A stretch of DNA of 63,174 bases, filler included, from Sphyrna mokarran (GCA_024679065.1; 2 parts of 2 records of this genome joined end to end with filler, not necessarily neighbours in it), one strand, 5' to 3'; positions 13,960-28,397 are shown, counted from the first letter of the whole stretch. Notes: generated by a model not told the origin, from the sequence alone. Translations and numbers: made by a program.

Positions 13960-14260
13960 ATTTTTGAGTATCACGTTACACTAACATTACATTCCATTAG
14001 CATTAACACCGCAATGAAGATGCCTTGAAAATTTCGTCGTCGCCACACTACAGCGTCTTGGCGGGTACACTGAGACAGTATTTAGCATGAACAATGCACC
14101 TAAACAACACGTCTTTCCAACGGCGGAAGGAAATCCGATCACCCAGAGAAAATATCCGTAGACACAGGGAGAATATGCAAACCCCACACAGATAGCGACC
14201 CAAGCCAGGAATCGAACTCGGGGACCCGGTGTGGCTAGGCAGCATTGTGCCACTGTGCTG
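13960..14260 (-). mobile_element. HE1-type SINE
   Basis: Reverse-complement SINE head (gggaatcgaact...tgtgccactgtgc) and core. Confidence 0.8.
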
Positions 14261-15479
14261 TTTAAACAAGTTGAATGAACGGGAAAGTACATGGAAAATG
14301 CGGTGCAATGTACATAAAAACATTATTTGTAGATAAACGTAACATTATCTATGTGGCACTCAGAAACAAAACGGTAGAGAATTATCTCGATGGTGATATA
14401 ATCAATTTTAGAAAATTCAGAACTCAAATTCGTAAAAGCAAAGTATGAGATTCCAAAAGCTCAATTATTAACCCAGGATATGAAGTTGCAGACACCCATA
14501 TAGAGTGACGAAACCTTTTGATGAATCTGAAGATACACGCAAAAAATCAGCAGTGAAAGATTGTTGGTACGAAGCATTCCAGCCTTACAGTAACTTTAAA
14601 TCTTCAAAATGCACATATCCGCAATATTTGCCAAATATTTCGTCCAGTCGCAGCCCTCAATATGATCTAACTTAACATAATAATATTTTATTAGTCCGTG
14701 AAATTTAAAGCCAATTTTTGCCTTGGCTGACCCCCATCATCTAGGCTGCCCCGAAATTTAAGGTATTGAGTCCAAATTCAAGTTAGGGTCTCACGGTTTC
14801 CCTTAAAGATCACTCTCTAACCAGACAGTCTCGTGGCACTATATTTGAGCACCAGTCATTCCGTCTTAGCCCTATTCATCAAATGTGATGGGGTGTTCGA
14901 ACTGTTCTTCCATCTGAAACGTTTAACTGATAAATCTTGCATATTTCCCAGATTCAAATATTCTCTTCAAATATAGCTTCACGCTAATGGTTTTTACCAT
15001 GATTCCTCTGCCACGATGTTTTGACTGAAGTGTTCAATGTTCCTTACAGTCAATAACAACACATATAAGATATCAGAACTTACGTTTCAAAGTCACAATG
15101 ATGTATTTGAATTAATTACTGCATCTCATAAATATAAATTATCTTCGTTAACTCATTTCAAAATATTTAATTGAATGCTGGTAATTCTATCAGTACCTCA
15201 ATATACAGTGATTTTAAAAAAAACTCACGAATCGTCTTACTCAACTTTTATAATGTAGACATTTACTCTTGATTGTGTGATAAATTCACATTGAAAAAAT
15301 CGGTTTACCCACCAGCACCTTCCCATAATCACTTTGAATGAATCCCTTGTAACCATTGGTCCATTTTTACCTCAATAACACCAAACATTTTCTTCGCATT
15401 TATTCATTCCACGTAACCTCTTGCTGAAGATGCCACTCTGTCTCGCTCTCTCGCTTCCTCCCTTCTCAAAACCCGACCC

Positions 15480-15680
15480 TCTCACAATCCATCCCCCACT
15501 CCCCCTCTCTCTGTCACGCTTCTGGTTTCTCGAATCCCCTTTCTTCCTCTCTGCCTCTGTCTCTGTCTTTGTCTTTCTGGCTGTCTCTCTCTCTCTTTCC
15601 GTCCTGTGTGATGTGTATATGTGTGTGTGTGTGTGTGTGCGTGTGTGTGTGTGTCTGTGTGTGTGTCTGTGTGTATCTGT
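15480..15680. repeat. CT-rich and (GT)n microsatellite
   Basis: Directly visible. Confidence 0.9.
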
Positions 15681-16026
15681 GGGTGCACAAAAACAACGAT
15701 TGTCCCCCCACACACACTCCGATTCACTTTCTCCCACACTCCCCCTCATTCCCTTCGTTTTTCTATCTTATCTCGGACTTGTTTCTCTCTTGGAGTTGTG
15801 TCATTGCTCTCCGTCTCTTTCATATGTTAACTGTCTGTCTATGTGAATGTCACACTCTTCATTCCCTCAAATGTCCGTTTAGACTTTGTTTGTATCAACC
15901 CTTTAAAGGACTCCCAATCTTTATAAGCTTTCATAAATTATACCTCTGCCTTTGTTTCTGATCGAACATTCCATTCGTTAACACGTTTTTCTTTAAGTTA
16001 ATTTGTCAGTTGCAAAAGCAGGCATC

Positions 16027-16762
16027 ATAGAACATAGAACATAGAACAATACAGCACAGAACAGGCCCTTCGGCCTTCGATGTTGTGCCGACCAAAATAA
16101 AAAGCAATGCCCCTCCAAACTAAACCAGTCCCTTCTCTTCCATATACTTATCAATTAACCTCTTAAACGCCACCAAACTTGTCGCATCTACAACAGCTGC
16201 AGGCAGGGCATTCCACTCCCTAATCACTCTTTGAGTAAAGAACCTACCTCTGATATCCGTCCTATAACTCATACCCCTTAATTTAAAGTGGTGTCCCCTC
16301 GTGCTAGCTTTTTCCATCCTAGGAAAAAGGCTATCACTGTCCACCCTATCCAAACCTCTAATTATCTTATATGCTTCAATAAGACCCCCCCTTAGCCGCC
16401 TCCTTTCTAACGAAAACAACCTCAAATCCTTCAACCTCTCTTCATAGGACCTGCCCTCCATACCAGGCAACATCCTGGTAAACCTCCTCTGTACCCTCTC
16501 CAATGCCTCCATCTTTCTTATAATGTGGGGACCAGAACTGCACACAATACTCCAAGTGCGGCCGCACTAGAGTTTTGTACAGTTGCAACATGATGCTGCG
16601 GCTCCTAAATTCAATCCCCCTACAATAAAAGCTAAGACTCCATATGCCTTCTTAACAACTTTATCCACTTGACTGCCTACTTTCAGGGATCTATTGACAC
16701 ATACACCAAGATCCTTCTGTTCCTCAACACTATTAAGAGCCCTACCATTAGCCCTATACTCT
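16027..16762 (-). mobile_element. Young 5'-truncated CR1 LINE
   Basis: ORF 16120..16545; (atagaac)n tail; nearly identical to the 3' part of the 21365-23215 copy. Confidence 0.95.
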
Positions 16763-17079
16763 TCTACTCACGTTGAAGTTACTGTGAAAATCAATTAACT
16801 CCATTTTGGGCCTGTTCGGTTAGCATGGCCAATGCACCTAACTAGCATGCCTTTCGATGTGTGCGAGGAAACTGGGGGAAACACACGCAGATAGTGGAGA
16901 ATCCGCACAGTCAGTGACACAGGCCAGGAATTGTCTTCCACTCCCTGGCGCTATGAGGCGGCAATGCTAACCATTGTGCCACCTTGCCATACTAAGCAGA
17001 TAGTTTTGTGAGCATTGTTTGTAGTTTGTTCAATGATGCTATGATTCCGCACCCAGCTTTTGATGTTTTTGTTTTAGAG

Positions 17080-19400
17080 TCATAGAGGTTTATAGAATGG
17101 CAACACGCCCTTCAAGCTAACCTGTTCATGTCACACCATTTTTAACCCTTAAGCCAATGTTATTTTCCGGCCTTTGGCCCATATCTCTCTATACTGATCT
17201 TACCCATTTACCTGTCGAAACACATTTTTTGAAAAGGCAACACTTTACCTGCCTCCTCTGCTACCCCTGAAACATTGTTGCATGCTCTCACTGCCCTTTG
17301 TGTAAAATAAACGCCCCTTTGGATCCTTTTATGTCTCTCCCTTCTCATCTAAAACTATGCCCTCTATTTTTTTAGAACTCCCCTACGTTTGGGAAATGAT
17401 GCTCACTATCCACCGGATCAATGCCCCTCATTATTTTGCAGACCTCTATAAGATTACCCCTAAGCCTCTATGCCCCAAAGGAAAAAAAATCTATCCAATT
17501 TATCCTTATAACTCAAACCAGGTAGCATCCTAGGAAATATTCACTGCATTCTTTCTAGGTTTTTTTTCTAAAATAGGATGACACTGTACACATTATTCAA
17601 TGTGTGACCTTTCCAATGTCGTGCACAACTTCAACAAGGCGTCCCAACTCACGATCAATGTTCTGACTAATGAAATCAAGCATGCCGAATGCCTTCCTAT
17701 CAGAGTGACATCACTTTCAAGGAGTTGTGAAACTGTGTCACTAGATTTTTTTGTTCTATAACCTTCTCCACTGCCCCACTATTAACTAAGTTAATCCTGC
17801 TCTACTTCGATCTACCAAAATGCATCACCTCGCATTTATCTTTATTAAAACCATCTGCCATTCATCAACCCATTGGCCCAATGGACCAAGATTCAGTTCC
17901 GTTCCTAGATAATCTTCTTCACTGTATACTATGCTACCAATCTTGGTGTCATCTTACTAGCCACGCCTACTACCTTCTCATACAAATCATTATTATAAAT
18001 GACAAATAACAGGGGACTCAATGCCGATCCCTCAGGCACACCACTGGTCACAGGCCTTCAGTTTGACAAAACAATCATCTACAACCACGCTCTGTCATCT
18101 GTCATCAAAGAAATTTTGTAGTCATTTGGATACTTCACACTAGATTTCGTGAGATTTAACCTGATGCAACAATCTACCATGTGGTACCTGGCTTTACTAC
18201 AGTCAATGTAAACAACATCAATTGCATTGCCCTCATCTACTTTCTTCGTTACCCCTTCAAAAAAAAAACTCAATCAAATTTGTGAGACATAATGTTCCAC
18301 TCTCAAAGCCATGTTGACTGTCTCTAATCAGTCCTTAATCAGTCCTTGCATCTCTAACTGCCTGTAGAACTTGCCTTTCAAAATATCTTCAAACAATGTA
18401 TCCACAAAAGATGCAAGGCTCCCCGGCTTGCAGTTTCCTGGCTTTTCCCTGCAGCGCTTCTTAAACAAAGGCGCAACATTTGCCAACCCCTGATCTTCAG
18501 CTCCTCACCTGTGAATATCGATGATTCAAATACCTCTGCTTGGCGACCCACAATTTCCTCCGTACCGCTCACAACGTCCTGGATATACTTTATCATTTCC
18601 CGTGATTTATCAACCTTCACGCACTTTCAGACTTCCAGTACCTTTTTTTGTCATATGACCAATCCTCAAGACATTGTTCTTTATTGCTCAAGTTCCCGGA
18701 CATCAATGCCTTCCTCAACAGTGAACATTGATGAGAAATATTCATGTTGGATCTAAGTCATATTTTGGATCCTGACATACATGATCTTGTTGATTCTGAA
18801 GAGGTCCTATTCCCTCCCGAGTTACTCTTTTGTCCTTTAGGTGCTTGCAGAAACTCTGCAGATTCTCCTTTGCCTTAAGTGCCAAAAAATCTCGTTCCCC
18901 CTTTTTGTCCTCTTGATTCCTCTCTTAACTCTACTCCTAGCCATCTATGGACCCCAACAGTTTCTGCATGTCGTGTGCCTCTTTCTTCTTGTTCACCAGG
19001 ACCTTTTTTATGCCGTGTCATCCAAGCTTTTCTACTTCTACCAACCTTGCCCTTCACTCCAACTGGAATGTACTTATCCTGAACCCTAGTTAATACACGT
19101 TTGAAAGATTACCACAGACGCCACCCCCCCCCCCCAAACACCCCACGCCAATTAAATGTTGAAAGTTCCTGCCTGATACTCTGAATATTGGCCTTGTACC
19201 AATTTAGAATTGTAACATTTGGACCAGGCCTATTATTCTTCATAACTATCTGAAAAACTAATGGATTTATGGTAAGTGGTCCCAAGTAATTCCCCCACTA
19301 CTATTTCTGTCACTTGTTCTTCTTTCTGTCCCGAAAGGAGTTCACGTTTTGCCCCGTCTATAGTCAGTCATCCATATACTGAATTAAAAATCCCCCCTGA
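17080..19400 (-). mobile_element. Older, longer CR1 LINE (decayed ORF2)
   Basis: FFEGVTKKVDEGNAIDVVYID (18079..18273 -) and neighbouring broken ORFs. Confidence 0.85.
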
Positions 19401-20639
19401 ACATTTTGATCTTTTATTTCATTTACTATTGTCAGATGTATTGGGATGCAGTGAAAAGTACTGTTTCTGGTGCTCTATGCAGACAAAGCATACAGGCATT
19501 AGGAAGGAAAGGAGTGAACGCAAAATGGCGTGTTACAATCATAGTTATGGTACAGGGAGAGTATGGCCATTCAACCATCTGATCATAGCAAGGAAAAAAA
19601 AAACTGTTTTTCAATTGGTAACTATGCGATCTCAGACTCCCACATCTTTTTGCAATGAAAGCAGGTGAAAGAGAGAATGTCCGGAGAGCATGGGGTCCTT
19701 TATTATGCTGGCTGCTTTCTCGAGGCAGAAGGAAATGTAGACATTGTCAATGGATGGATGAGACTATGACTTAGATTTGGTGTGAATTTTTCTCTCCTAA
19801 CCAATTCAGGATTAGCTTTATCCTCTACACAGTCACCATTGGTTCAATTCCTCTGGTTTAAACAAGGCATCCCAATTGAATTTGATTCAATGTTCTGACC
19901 AAAGAAACCAAGCACGCCGAATGCCTTCTTATCTATTGCATGCAATTGTGACACCACATTTAAGAAGCTCTGAATCTGTACCCCTAAATATTTTGTTCTA
20001 AACTCCAAGGTTTTTTGAGAAGTTAGCCGAAATCCTTTCTTTTACTTACGATTTTTGCACGATCTATAAGGGATGTTTCACTCCACATGCGATTCAAGTG
20101 ATTCACGAGGAAGTTTTTATCAAACAAAGATAATCGAAGAACACAATTAGAATGTAAGAAAAACAGTTAGATTACTTGTGCCAAATGCAAGATTAAGACA
20201 TGACACCGCCTAAAAATTAGCTTTCTCTGTTCCAATTTAACCACAATCACCAGGATATGCATCCTTCCTCAAGTTTAGCACACAAACTAATAGATTCGCT
20301 TAATTCTGGATTTGCAGAGAACCAGATGAAATTTGCACAAACACGTGGACGTTCCTTGTGTCGATATTGTCTGTTGTGTTTAGCACCCAACTGAATTTTA
20401 GGAAAGGTGACTGAGGAAGGATTGATCTGATATTAAATAAGTATCGTTGGAAGAAGTACTTATGCACGGATGAATGCGCCACCTGCAGGGCAGCACTCCC
20501 TCATATTTTCTTATCCACCTCCATTGTGGCACGGTGTAAAACTCTCAAACAGTCTTCTTCAAACGAAGTATAATCATATTCACCGAACAACTAAGTTTCT
20601 TTAAGACGAAAAGGCACGGATCCTCTCCAAGAAAACCTC

Positions 20640-21190
20640 ACACGGCGCCATTCAAATGTTCACATTGTCAGAGGTAGATGATGGAAACTAAGTGAGGGGT
20701 TGAAGCGGAAATTGTGGACAGCTTCAGGTATCTAGGTCTCCAGAGCACCAACAATCTTTCCTGGTCCCTCCACGTCAGCTCTATAGTTAGGAGAGCTCGC
20801 CAATGCTTCTAGTTTCTCAAGAGGCGAAGAAAATTCTGCACGCCAGCTACAAACCCTCATCATTTTATACAGCTGCACGATAGAAAGCACCATTTCTAGA
20901 GACATCATTGCTTAGTATGGCTCTTGTTCTAACTGACCACTGCAAAGGGTTGTGAACGTAGCCCAGTCGATCACTTAAACCAGACTCTTGTCCCTTGAAT
21001 CCGTCTCAAATTCCCACTGCCTCAGGAAAGCAGCCAGCAAAATAAACGACCCCACGTACCCCGGAGTATTCACATCCGTCGTCTTCAGCCAAGAAAAAAA
21101 GTTTAAAAAAAAGACTGTGATCAAATACGAACTGACTCAAGAATAGTTTTTTTTTCCCTGCTGCCATCAGATTTGTGAATGAACATGTTT
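20640..21190 (+). mobile_element. Non-CR1 LINE RT C-terminal remnant (Rex1/Babar- or L2-like)
   Basis: gtggacagcttcaggtatctaggtctc...aacaatctttcctggtccctccac reads VDSFRYLGL...NNLSWSLH. Confidence 0.6.
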
Positions 21191-21364
21191 TATATTTAAT
21201 TGACAGTTATCTGATATCAAGAATAAATTATCTTTTGCTCTTAGAGCTAAATGGATCGAAGTACATGGAGGGAGAAGGGAACAGAATGTTGAATTGATGA
21301 TCAGCCATGATTAAACTGAACGACGAAGCAGGCGCGCCAAATGACCTATTCTGCCATCTATGTT

Positions 21365-23215
21365 ATAGAACAATACAGCACAGAACAGGCCCTTCGGCCT
21401 TCGATGTTGTGCCGACCAAAATAAAAAGCAATGCCCCTCCAAACTAAACCATTCCTTCTCTTCCATATACTTATCAACTAACCTCTTAAACGCCACCAAA
21501 CTTGGCGCATCTACAACTGCTGCAGGCAGGGCATTCCACTCCCGAACCACCCTTTGGGTAAAGAACCTACCTCTGACATCCGTCCTATAACTATCACCCC
21601 TTAATTTAAAGCTGTGGCCCCTCGTGCTAGCTTTTTCCATCCTAGGAAAAAGGCTATCACTGTCCACCCTATCCAAACCTCTAATTATCTTATATGTTTC
21701 AATAAGATCCCCCCCTTAGCCGCCTCCTTTCTAACGAAAACAACCTCAAATCCTTCAACCTCTCTTCATAGGACCTGCCCTCCATACCAGGCAACATCCT
21801 AGTAAACCTCCTCTGTACCCCCTCCAATGCCTCCACATCTTTCTTATAATGTGTCGACCAGAACTGCACACAATACTCCAAGTGCGGCCGCACTAGAGTT
21901 TTGTACAGTTGCAACATGATGCTGCGGCTCCTAAATTCAATCCCCCTACCAATAAAAGCTAAGACTCCATATGCCTTCTTAACAACTTTATCCACTTGAC
22001 TGCCTACTTTCAGGGATCTCTTGACACATACACCCAGATCCTTCTGTTCCTCAACACTATTAAGAGCCCTACCATTAGCCCTATACTCTACACATTTATT
22101 GTTCCTGCCAAAGTGCATTACCTCACACTTTTCCACATTAACCTCCATTTGCCACCTCTCGTCCCAGCTCTGCAACTTGTCCAAGTCACTCTGTAAACTA
22201 AAACACCCCTCTTCACTATCTACCACACCACCAACTTTAGTATCATCTGCAATTTTACTGATCCATCCCTCAATACCCTCATCCAGATCATTTATAAAAA
22301 TTACAAACAGCAGGGGCCCCAAAACAGACCCCTGTGGCACACCACTCGTCACCGAACTCCACGATGAATATCTCCCATCAACCACCACCCTCTGTCTTCT
22401 ATCTGCTAGCCAATTCCTAACCCAATTAGCTAATCACCCTCTATCCCATACATCTGCATTTTCTGCAGAAGTCTTCCATGGGCCACTTATCAAACGCCTT
22501 ACTAAAGTCCATATATACCACATCAACCGCCTTACCCCCATCCACCTCTTTGGTCACTTTTTCAAAAAACTCAATAAGGTTAGTAAGGCACGACCTACCC
22601 TTCACAAAACCATGCTGAATATCCCCAATCAATTCATTTCTCTCTAAATAACTATAAATCCTATCCCTAATAATTCTCTCCAATACCTTGCCCACAACAG
22701 AAGTAAGACTCACTGGCCTATAATTCCCCGGAAGGTCTCTCTTCCCCTTCTTAAACAATGGGACCACATTCTCCATCCTCCAGTCCTCCGGAACCACACC
22801 CGTAACCAACGAGGACCTGAAGATCAGAGCCAGAGGCTCAGCAATCCCAGAGAATCCTAGGGTAAATCCCGTCCGGCCCAGGGGACTTATCCAACTTCAA
22901 ACCCTCGAGAATTTCTAACACATCCTCCCTATCTACTACAATACTCCCCAATTTGCAACCCTGTCCCTCAGTGCTCTCCACAGCTACATTTCCAGCACTC
23001 TGCGTGAATACCGAAGAGAAATATTTATTCAGTGCCTCACCAATCTCTTCAGGCTCCACGCACAACTTCCCACTGCTGTCCATGACTGGCCCTAATCTTG
23101 CCCTAACCAACCTTCTATTCTTAACATATCGAAAGAAAGCTTTAGGATTCTCCTTAATCCTATCAGCCAACATCTTCTCGTGTCCCCTCTTAGCTCTCCT
23201 CAATTCACTTTTTAC
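21365..23215 (-). mobile_element. Young CR1 LINE, about 1.85 kb of ORF2 with a few frameshifts
   Basis: ORFs 22838..23203, 22441..22809, 21699..22388 (GVPQGSVLGPLLFVIFINDL, KIADDTK) and 21311..21676. Confidence 0.96.
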
Positions 23216-23419
23216 CTCCTTATGTTGCTATGTTTCTCTACAGGCTGGGGATAACTGGACACCTTGTTATGAATTCCTCCTTTTCTTTGCTGTGATAGGA
23301 ATACTGTATCCTTATACGTGCAAGAAACAACACTTTCCGTTCTATCTCAATACAAATGGCATCCTTACCTTCATCCGCTGGGCATGAAGTATTAAAGCTG
23401 GCAAATTGTGTTTCATTGA

Positions 23420-24010
23420 CACAAATGTTTGTAAGGCGATGTTTGGGATTCTGTATACAATTCTGGTCGCCACATTACAAGAAGAATGTGGAGGCTTTGG
23501 AGGTAGTGCATAAAGTGTTTATCAGGCTTTGGAGGTAGTGCGCAAAGTGTTTATCAGGGTTTTGCTTGGGAGGGACTATATTATTTATGAAAAGAGATTG
23601 AATAAACTGGCATTGTTCTTCTGGAAAGACGGAGACTGAGGGCTGACTTGATAGAATTATAAAATTATGAGCGTCACAGATAAGGTGATCAGTTAGAAGC
23701 ATTTCTTTCCCCAGGACAATGATGATAAGTTCAAAGGGTCTCAAATTCAAGGTAAGTGGGGAGATTCCGTAGAAGTGTGTGGGGGAAGGTTTTTACACAG
23801 AGGATGGTGGGTGCCTAGAATACACCACCAAGTGAGGTGGTTGAAGTAGACATGTTTGTGACTTTTAAGACTTATCTGGTTTGGACAAGGTGGGTGGAGG
23901 TATTATAGAGAGATAAGGCTAGTTGTTCCAGTGAGGGCAACATGAGGATACAGCCTTGTGGGCCGAAGGACCTGTTCCCTGCTATACTATTCTTTGTTAT
24001 TTTGTTCTTT
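23420..24010 (+). mobile_element. Degenerate CR1 3' fragment
   Basis: [17 protein letters not shown]; ends in a gggccgaagg...ttctttgtt tail. Confidence 0.8.
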
Positions 24011-24426
24011 GTGACAAATCAATATGTAAAAAAAGAACAATATGCTTTGTCCATATAGTGTGCACGATTGTATCCCAATACAGTAAGAAACAAAATCAAA
24101 TTAATTGTGAAGTGCTGACCTTCTGAATGGTTTAGCTAATGGATCAACTGCAATACATCACTCCCAGATCCATTTGCTTATTCTTTACCAATTCCTCCTT
24201 GAACAATCCTTTTGAATCAGCTTTCGGCTCCCTTTCACGAATCATCTTCTAGATCATAGGAACTCGCTGCAACAAAATAAAATGTTTCCTCACCATCGCT
24301 CCCCACCCAGCCCTCCAATTTAAACAGGCGTTTTGCAACTGTGTCTCAAAGCTGAACAGGAATTCTTCTACAATGATATGTGAGCTCGATATTCTAACTG
24401 AAGTCTTAACTGTTTAAATTTTTCAG

Positions 24427-24471
24427 TTTCCCTGTGGTTCATTGTGCTGAATTCAGTGGGCGTTGACAGTG
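24427..24471 (+). CDS. Putative leader mini-exon 2 (45 bp, VSLWFIVLNSVGVDS, phase 1-1)
   Basis: tttaaatttttcAG|TTTCCCTG...GACAGTG|GTGAGT; hydrophobic; in frame with the 28398 exon (..GVDS-A-GLPKPSL). Confidence 0.65.
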
Positions 24472-24719
24472 GTGAGTGGAATAAATCTTTAAATTCTGTT
24501 TGAATAAAGAAACAGAATAAAGACGAGAGTAACAATGCTGAACTACAACCTGGGCTATCATAACGCGTGGATTACTCCTCAAATTATTTTGTTGACAGTT
24601 ACCATTAACTGATACTAAATAACAGTTAACAGGATTCGACATGATCGATTCAGAAAGAATATTTACGAAAGTTGAAGAGTCCCGATATCGGTCATAAAGT
24701 GATAAACCTTTGAAGTCGG

Positions 24720-25035
24720 CACGGCACAAAAGTGGTTAGCACTGTTGCTTTACACTCCAGGGTCCTGGGTTCGATTCCTGGCTCGGGTCAATGTCTTGTG
24801 GTGTTTGCACTTTCTCCTCGTATCTGCGTGGGTTTCCTCCGGATACTCCGCTTTCCACCCACAGTGGTTAGATTGATTGGCCATGCTAAGAAATTGCCCT
24901 TTAGTGTCCAGGGATATGTATGTTAGAGGGATTAGTGGGTGTAATAATAGGGATATGGGGGTAAGGCCTAGGTGAGATTGTGTTCGGTGCAGACCCGATG
25001 GGCCAAAAGGCCTCTTTCTCCACTATAGAGTTCTA
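24720..25035 (+). mobile_element. HE1 SINE, near full length
   Basis: A/B boxes (gtggttagcact, gggttcgattcc), V-SINE-type core, CR1-like tail gggccaaaaggcctc. Confidence 0.85.
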
Positions 25036-25139
25036 TGAAGACGGAGGGGAGAGGAATTCCCTGCGCCCAAAGAGTAGTGAATAGGTGGAATTCACTACCA
25101 CAAAAATCAATTGAGGTAAAAATGTTGTTTGATTTCAAA

Positions 25140-26560
25140 ATTTGTAATATATGTATATATATGACTTGGAAGAGGGAGTAAGTGGAGTGATCAGCAAGTT
25201 TGCAGACAATACAAAGATGGCTGGACTTGCGGATAATGAGGAGCATTGTCAGGTGATGCAGCAGGGCATAGATAGGCTGGTAGATTGGACAGATAGATGG
25301 CAGATGGAATTCAATCTTGATAAATGCGAGGTGATACATTTCGGGAGAAGGAATGTAGGGGGTTTGGTATATGATAAAGGGTAGACCTATTAAGAGTAAC
25401 GAAATGCACAAGGATCTGGGGATGCAGGTGTACAAGTCTCTGAAGATAGCAGAGCAAGGGGAGAAGGTTGTGAAGAAAGCATATGGTATGCTAGCCTTTA
25501 TAGGAAGGGGTATAGAGCTGGCCTTTGATGTTGCAGTTGTATAAAACGTTGGTTAGACCTCATCTGGAATACTGCTTCCAGTTCTGGTCGCCTTACTACC
25601 GGAAGGACGTGGAGACTCTGGAGAAAGTGCAGAGGAGCTTTACCACGATGCTGCCTGGTATGGAAGGTCTGAGTTACGAGGAGAGATTAGGCACATTGGG
25701 ACTGTTTTCCTGAGAAAGACGTAGACTTACAGGAGATCTAATAGAAGTGTACAAGATTTTGAGCAGTATAGATAACGTTAACAGGGTTAAGCTTTTTCCT
25801 AGGATGGACTCGAATGACACGATGGGTCACGGGCAAAGGGTGAAGGGGGGTAAGATATAATTTGGATGCTAGAGGGAGTTTTTTCACACAGACTGTGGTG
25901 GGGTATGGAATGCGCTGCCAAATAAAGAGGTGGAGGTAGACACTCTGGAGTTATTTAAGAAATACTTAGATGGGCACATGAACAGAACGGGAATGGAGGG
26001 GTATAGAAAACTGATTTTAAAATAGGGATCATGAGCTTTGGGAGTCCCTGGGAAGTGTGTAAATAGATGATGATATTGGTATACTTGTTTTTGTCCTACA
26101 GGTGCTTTGGTCCACCTTGTTGTCTAACAAGGGACATACACGCAATGTGTCGTGGGAGGGTTGTTCTTGGATTTTTTTTTCGAGAGTATCCTAGTGCTTC
26201 ATGTCGTTAGTGTACGCTGGGACTGGAACATTTGATGGGCAACACGACAGCTCAGTGACTATCGCTGTGCTGTGCAGATACATGGATTTGGGCTTGTGTC
26301 TGTGGGAGTTTGCACATTCTCCCCGTGCTTGCGTGGGTTTTCTCCGGATGCTCCGGTTTCCTCCCACATCCCAAAGATGTGCTTTTAGGCTAATTGGCAA
26401 AACAAATTCTCCCTAAGTTGTCTCAAATTTGGTTTTTAATCTATAGATCTATAAACATAGACAGGGATCACAGGTAGAGGTGGGAACATCGGGGTGGCGG
26501 CGCGGGGTCGTTGGGCCGAAGGACATATTTCCCGTGCTGTTTTGTTCTTTGTTCTTTGTT
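25140..26560 (+). mobile_element. CR1 LINE subfamily with a long 3' UTR containing a SINE-like core
   Basis: ORFs 25151..25384 (SKFADNTK) and 25525..25713; 3' UTR matches the 61924-63174 copy; ends in (gttcttt)n. Confidence 0.9.
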
Positions 26561-27179
26561 CTTAAAAAGGAATTAGATAGAATTCCAGGATCTAAAGGGA
26601 TCAAGGATACGTGAGCAGGGTGAATTAGCATACTGATATTGATGGTCACAGCGAATGGTGGTGTAGCTCAAGGAATCAAATGGTCTCATCCTGCCAATAA
26701 TGTTTGCTTCTATCAAACATATTCATTGATATAACTGTTAATTTTACAATATCTGCAAGTGCTATTGATCAAGAATCAATCAACGGATAGCTGGTGATTT
26801 CCTCATCCTTTCCAAGGAATGATGGATATTTTCTCCCAATGTTCAATTATCCGATGACATCCACGACTTAATTGGTATCAGTTATTCATTTGACGGATGT
26901 GATCTTAGTTGGTATGAATGTTGTTTCTCGACTATTTCGAATTTCCCTTGTGAAATTGGTATTGTGCTATCTCCTTGAACGAGGACAACGGGAGCTGGAG
27001 GTGTGGTGTCTTAGCAAAGCTTCGTTGACCAGCTTGGGAAGACATTTCGGAGAATTATTGAGAGTTTGGAGGCATATTGTAGTCAGACAGTAGACAAGCA
27101 ACGAATTTCAAAACAGAATAGGTGCAAGAGGAGGTTATTCGGCCCATAGAGCCAGTTACAGATGGAGTAACAGTTAGAG

Positions 27180-27342
27180 CAGTTGTAGATGCGCCAAGTT
27201 TGGTGGCGTTTAAGAGGTTAGTTGATAAGTATATGGAAGAGAAGGGAATGGTTTAGTTTGGAGGGGCATTGCTTTTTATATTGGTCGGCGCAACATCGAA
27301 GGCCGAAGGGCCTGTTCTGTGCTGTAATGTTCTATGTTCTAT
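27180..27342 (+). mobile_element. Short 3' end of the young CR1 subfamily
   Basis: Reverse complement of about 21365-21520. Confidence 0.9.
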
Positions 27343-27549
27343 TTAACAGCCAGCTATGCCTGTTGTTGAATTGAAATTAATGCCCCATAGACATACACCC
27401 TGCTGCAGAATTAGTAAGAACTAAATCAAGTATATTCACATGATGCTGGACTTCAGCCTTCAGCACTTTTGTAAATTGAGCCTGTGAATGTTGAACAATT
27501 CTACAATGCTTCTCGGGTTGGGACATTTCAGAAAACGTCTGTGGGGAAG

Positions 27550-27670
27550 AAGAGAGAGAGATAAATAGAGATAGATAGGCAGATAGATAGATAGATAGAC
27601 AGACAGATAGACAGACAGACAGGCAGATAGACAGACAGACAGATAGATAGATGGATAGATAAAAGACAGA
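27550..27670. repeat. (GATA)n/(GACA)n microsatellite running into an assembly gap (27671-27829)
   Basis: Directly visible. Confidence 0.9.
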
Positions 27671-28397
27671 NNNNNNNNNNNNNNNNNNNNNNNNNNNNNN
27701 NNNNNNNNNNNNNNNNNNNNNNNNNNNNNNNNNNNNNNNNNNNNNNNNNNNNNNNNNNNNNNNNNNNNNNNNNNNNNNNNNNNNNNNNNNNNNNNNNNNN
27801 NNNNNNNNNNNNNNNNNNNNNNNNNNNNNTAGACACAGAGGCAGAGACTCAGGTTGAGACAGAGAATACCGTCTCCCACCAGCGTTGGCAGGAAGTAAGA
27901 AACGAAGCTAAAACTTGGAATGTTTTTCTATAACTCTCTGTCCCTAGCTACATGACAGAAAATGTCAACCACCTCCAATCAATCTCCATCCAGCAATCCA
28001 GGAGATATTGAAACCACATAATTATGCATCAGTTCAAATTAAAATCAACAATTGTTCCACAATCCTACTGCAGACAACACGATGCTGAGAAATTGCCAGG
28101 AACTGCAAAGACATCTTGCTGAAAAAAAAAACAACTAAAATATGTTTCGTAAAGACACAGTATCATCTGAGGATGGGCAATAACGTTGGCTAGGCAGCCA
28201 TGCCAAAAATTATAAATGAAATAAATTGAGACAAATAATCATGTAATCCCTCTTAATGTCAGAGCCGAGGGACAGTGAGGTAAATAGTGAGAATAGCATT
28301 AACGAGGGCAATACGATTGGACAGCTGTTTCATTCTGAAAAGGAATAAGAATGATTGTATCAAATAATTTATGTCTCATATACTGTTTATTCTCCAG

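Noticed and set aside
15372-15961. Overlapping ORFs rich in CV/HT repeats
   Set aside because: Microsatellite translations.
24720-24790. tRNA-like A/B boxes here and at other SINE heads
   Set aside because: They are tRNA-derived HE1 SINE heads with no complete cloverleaf.
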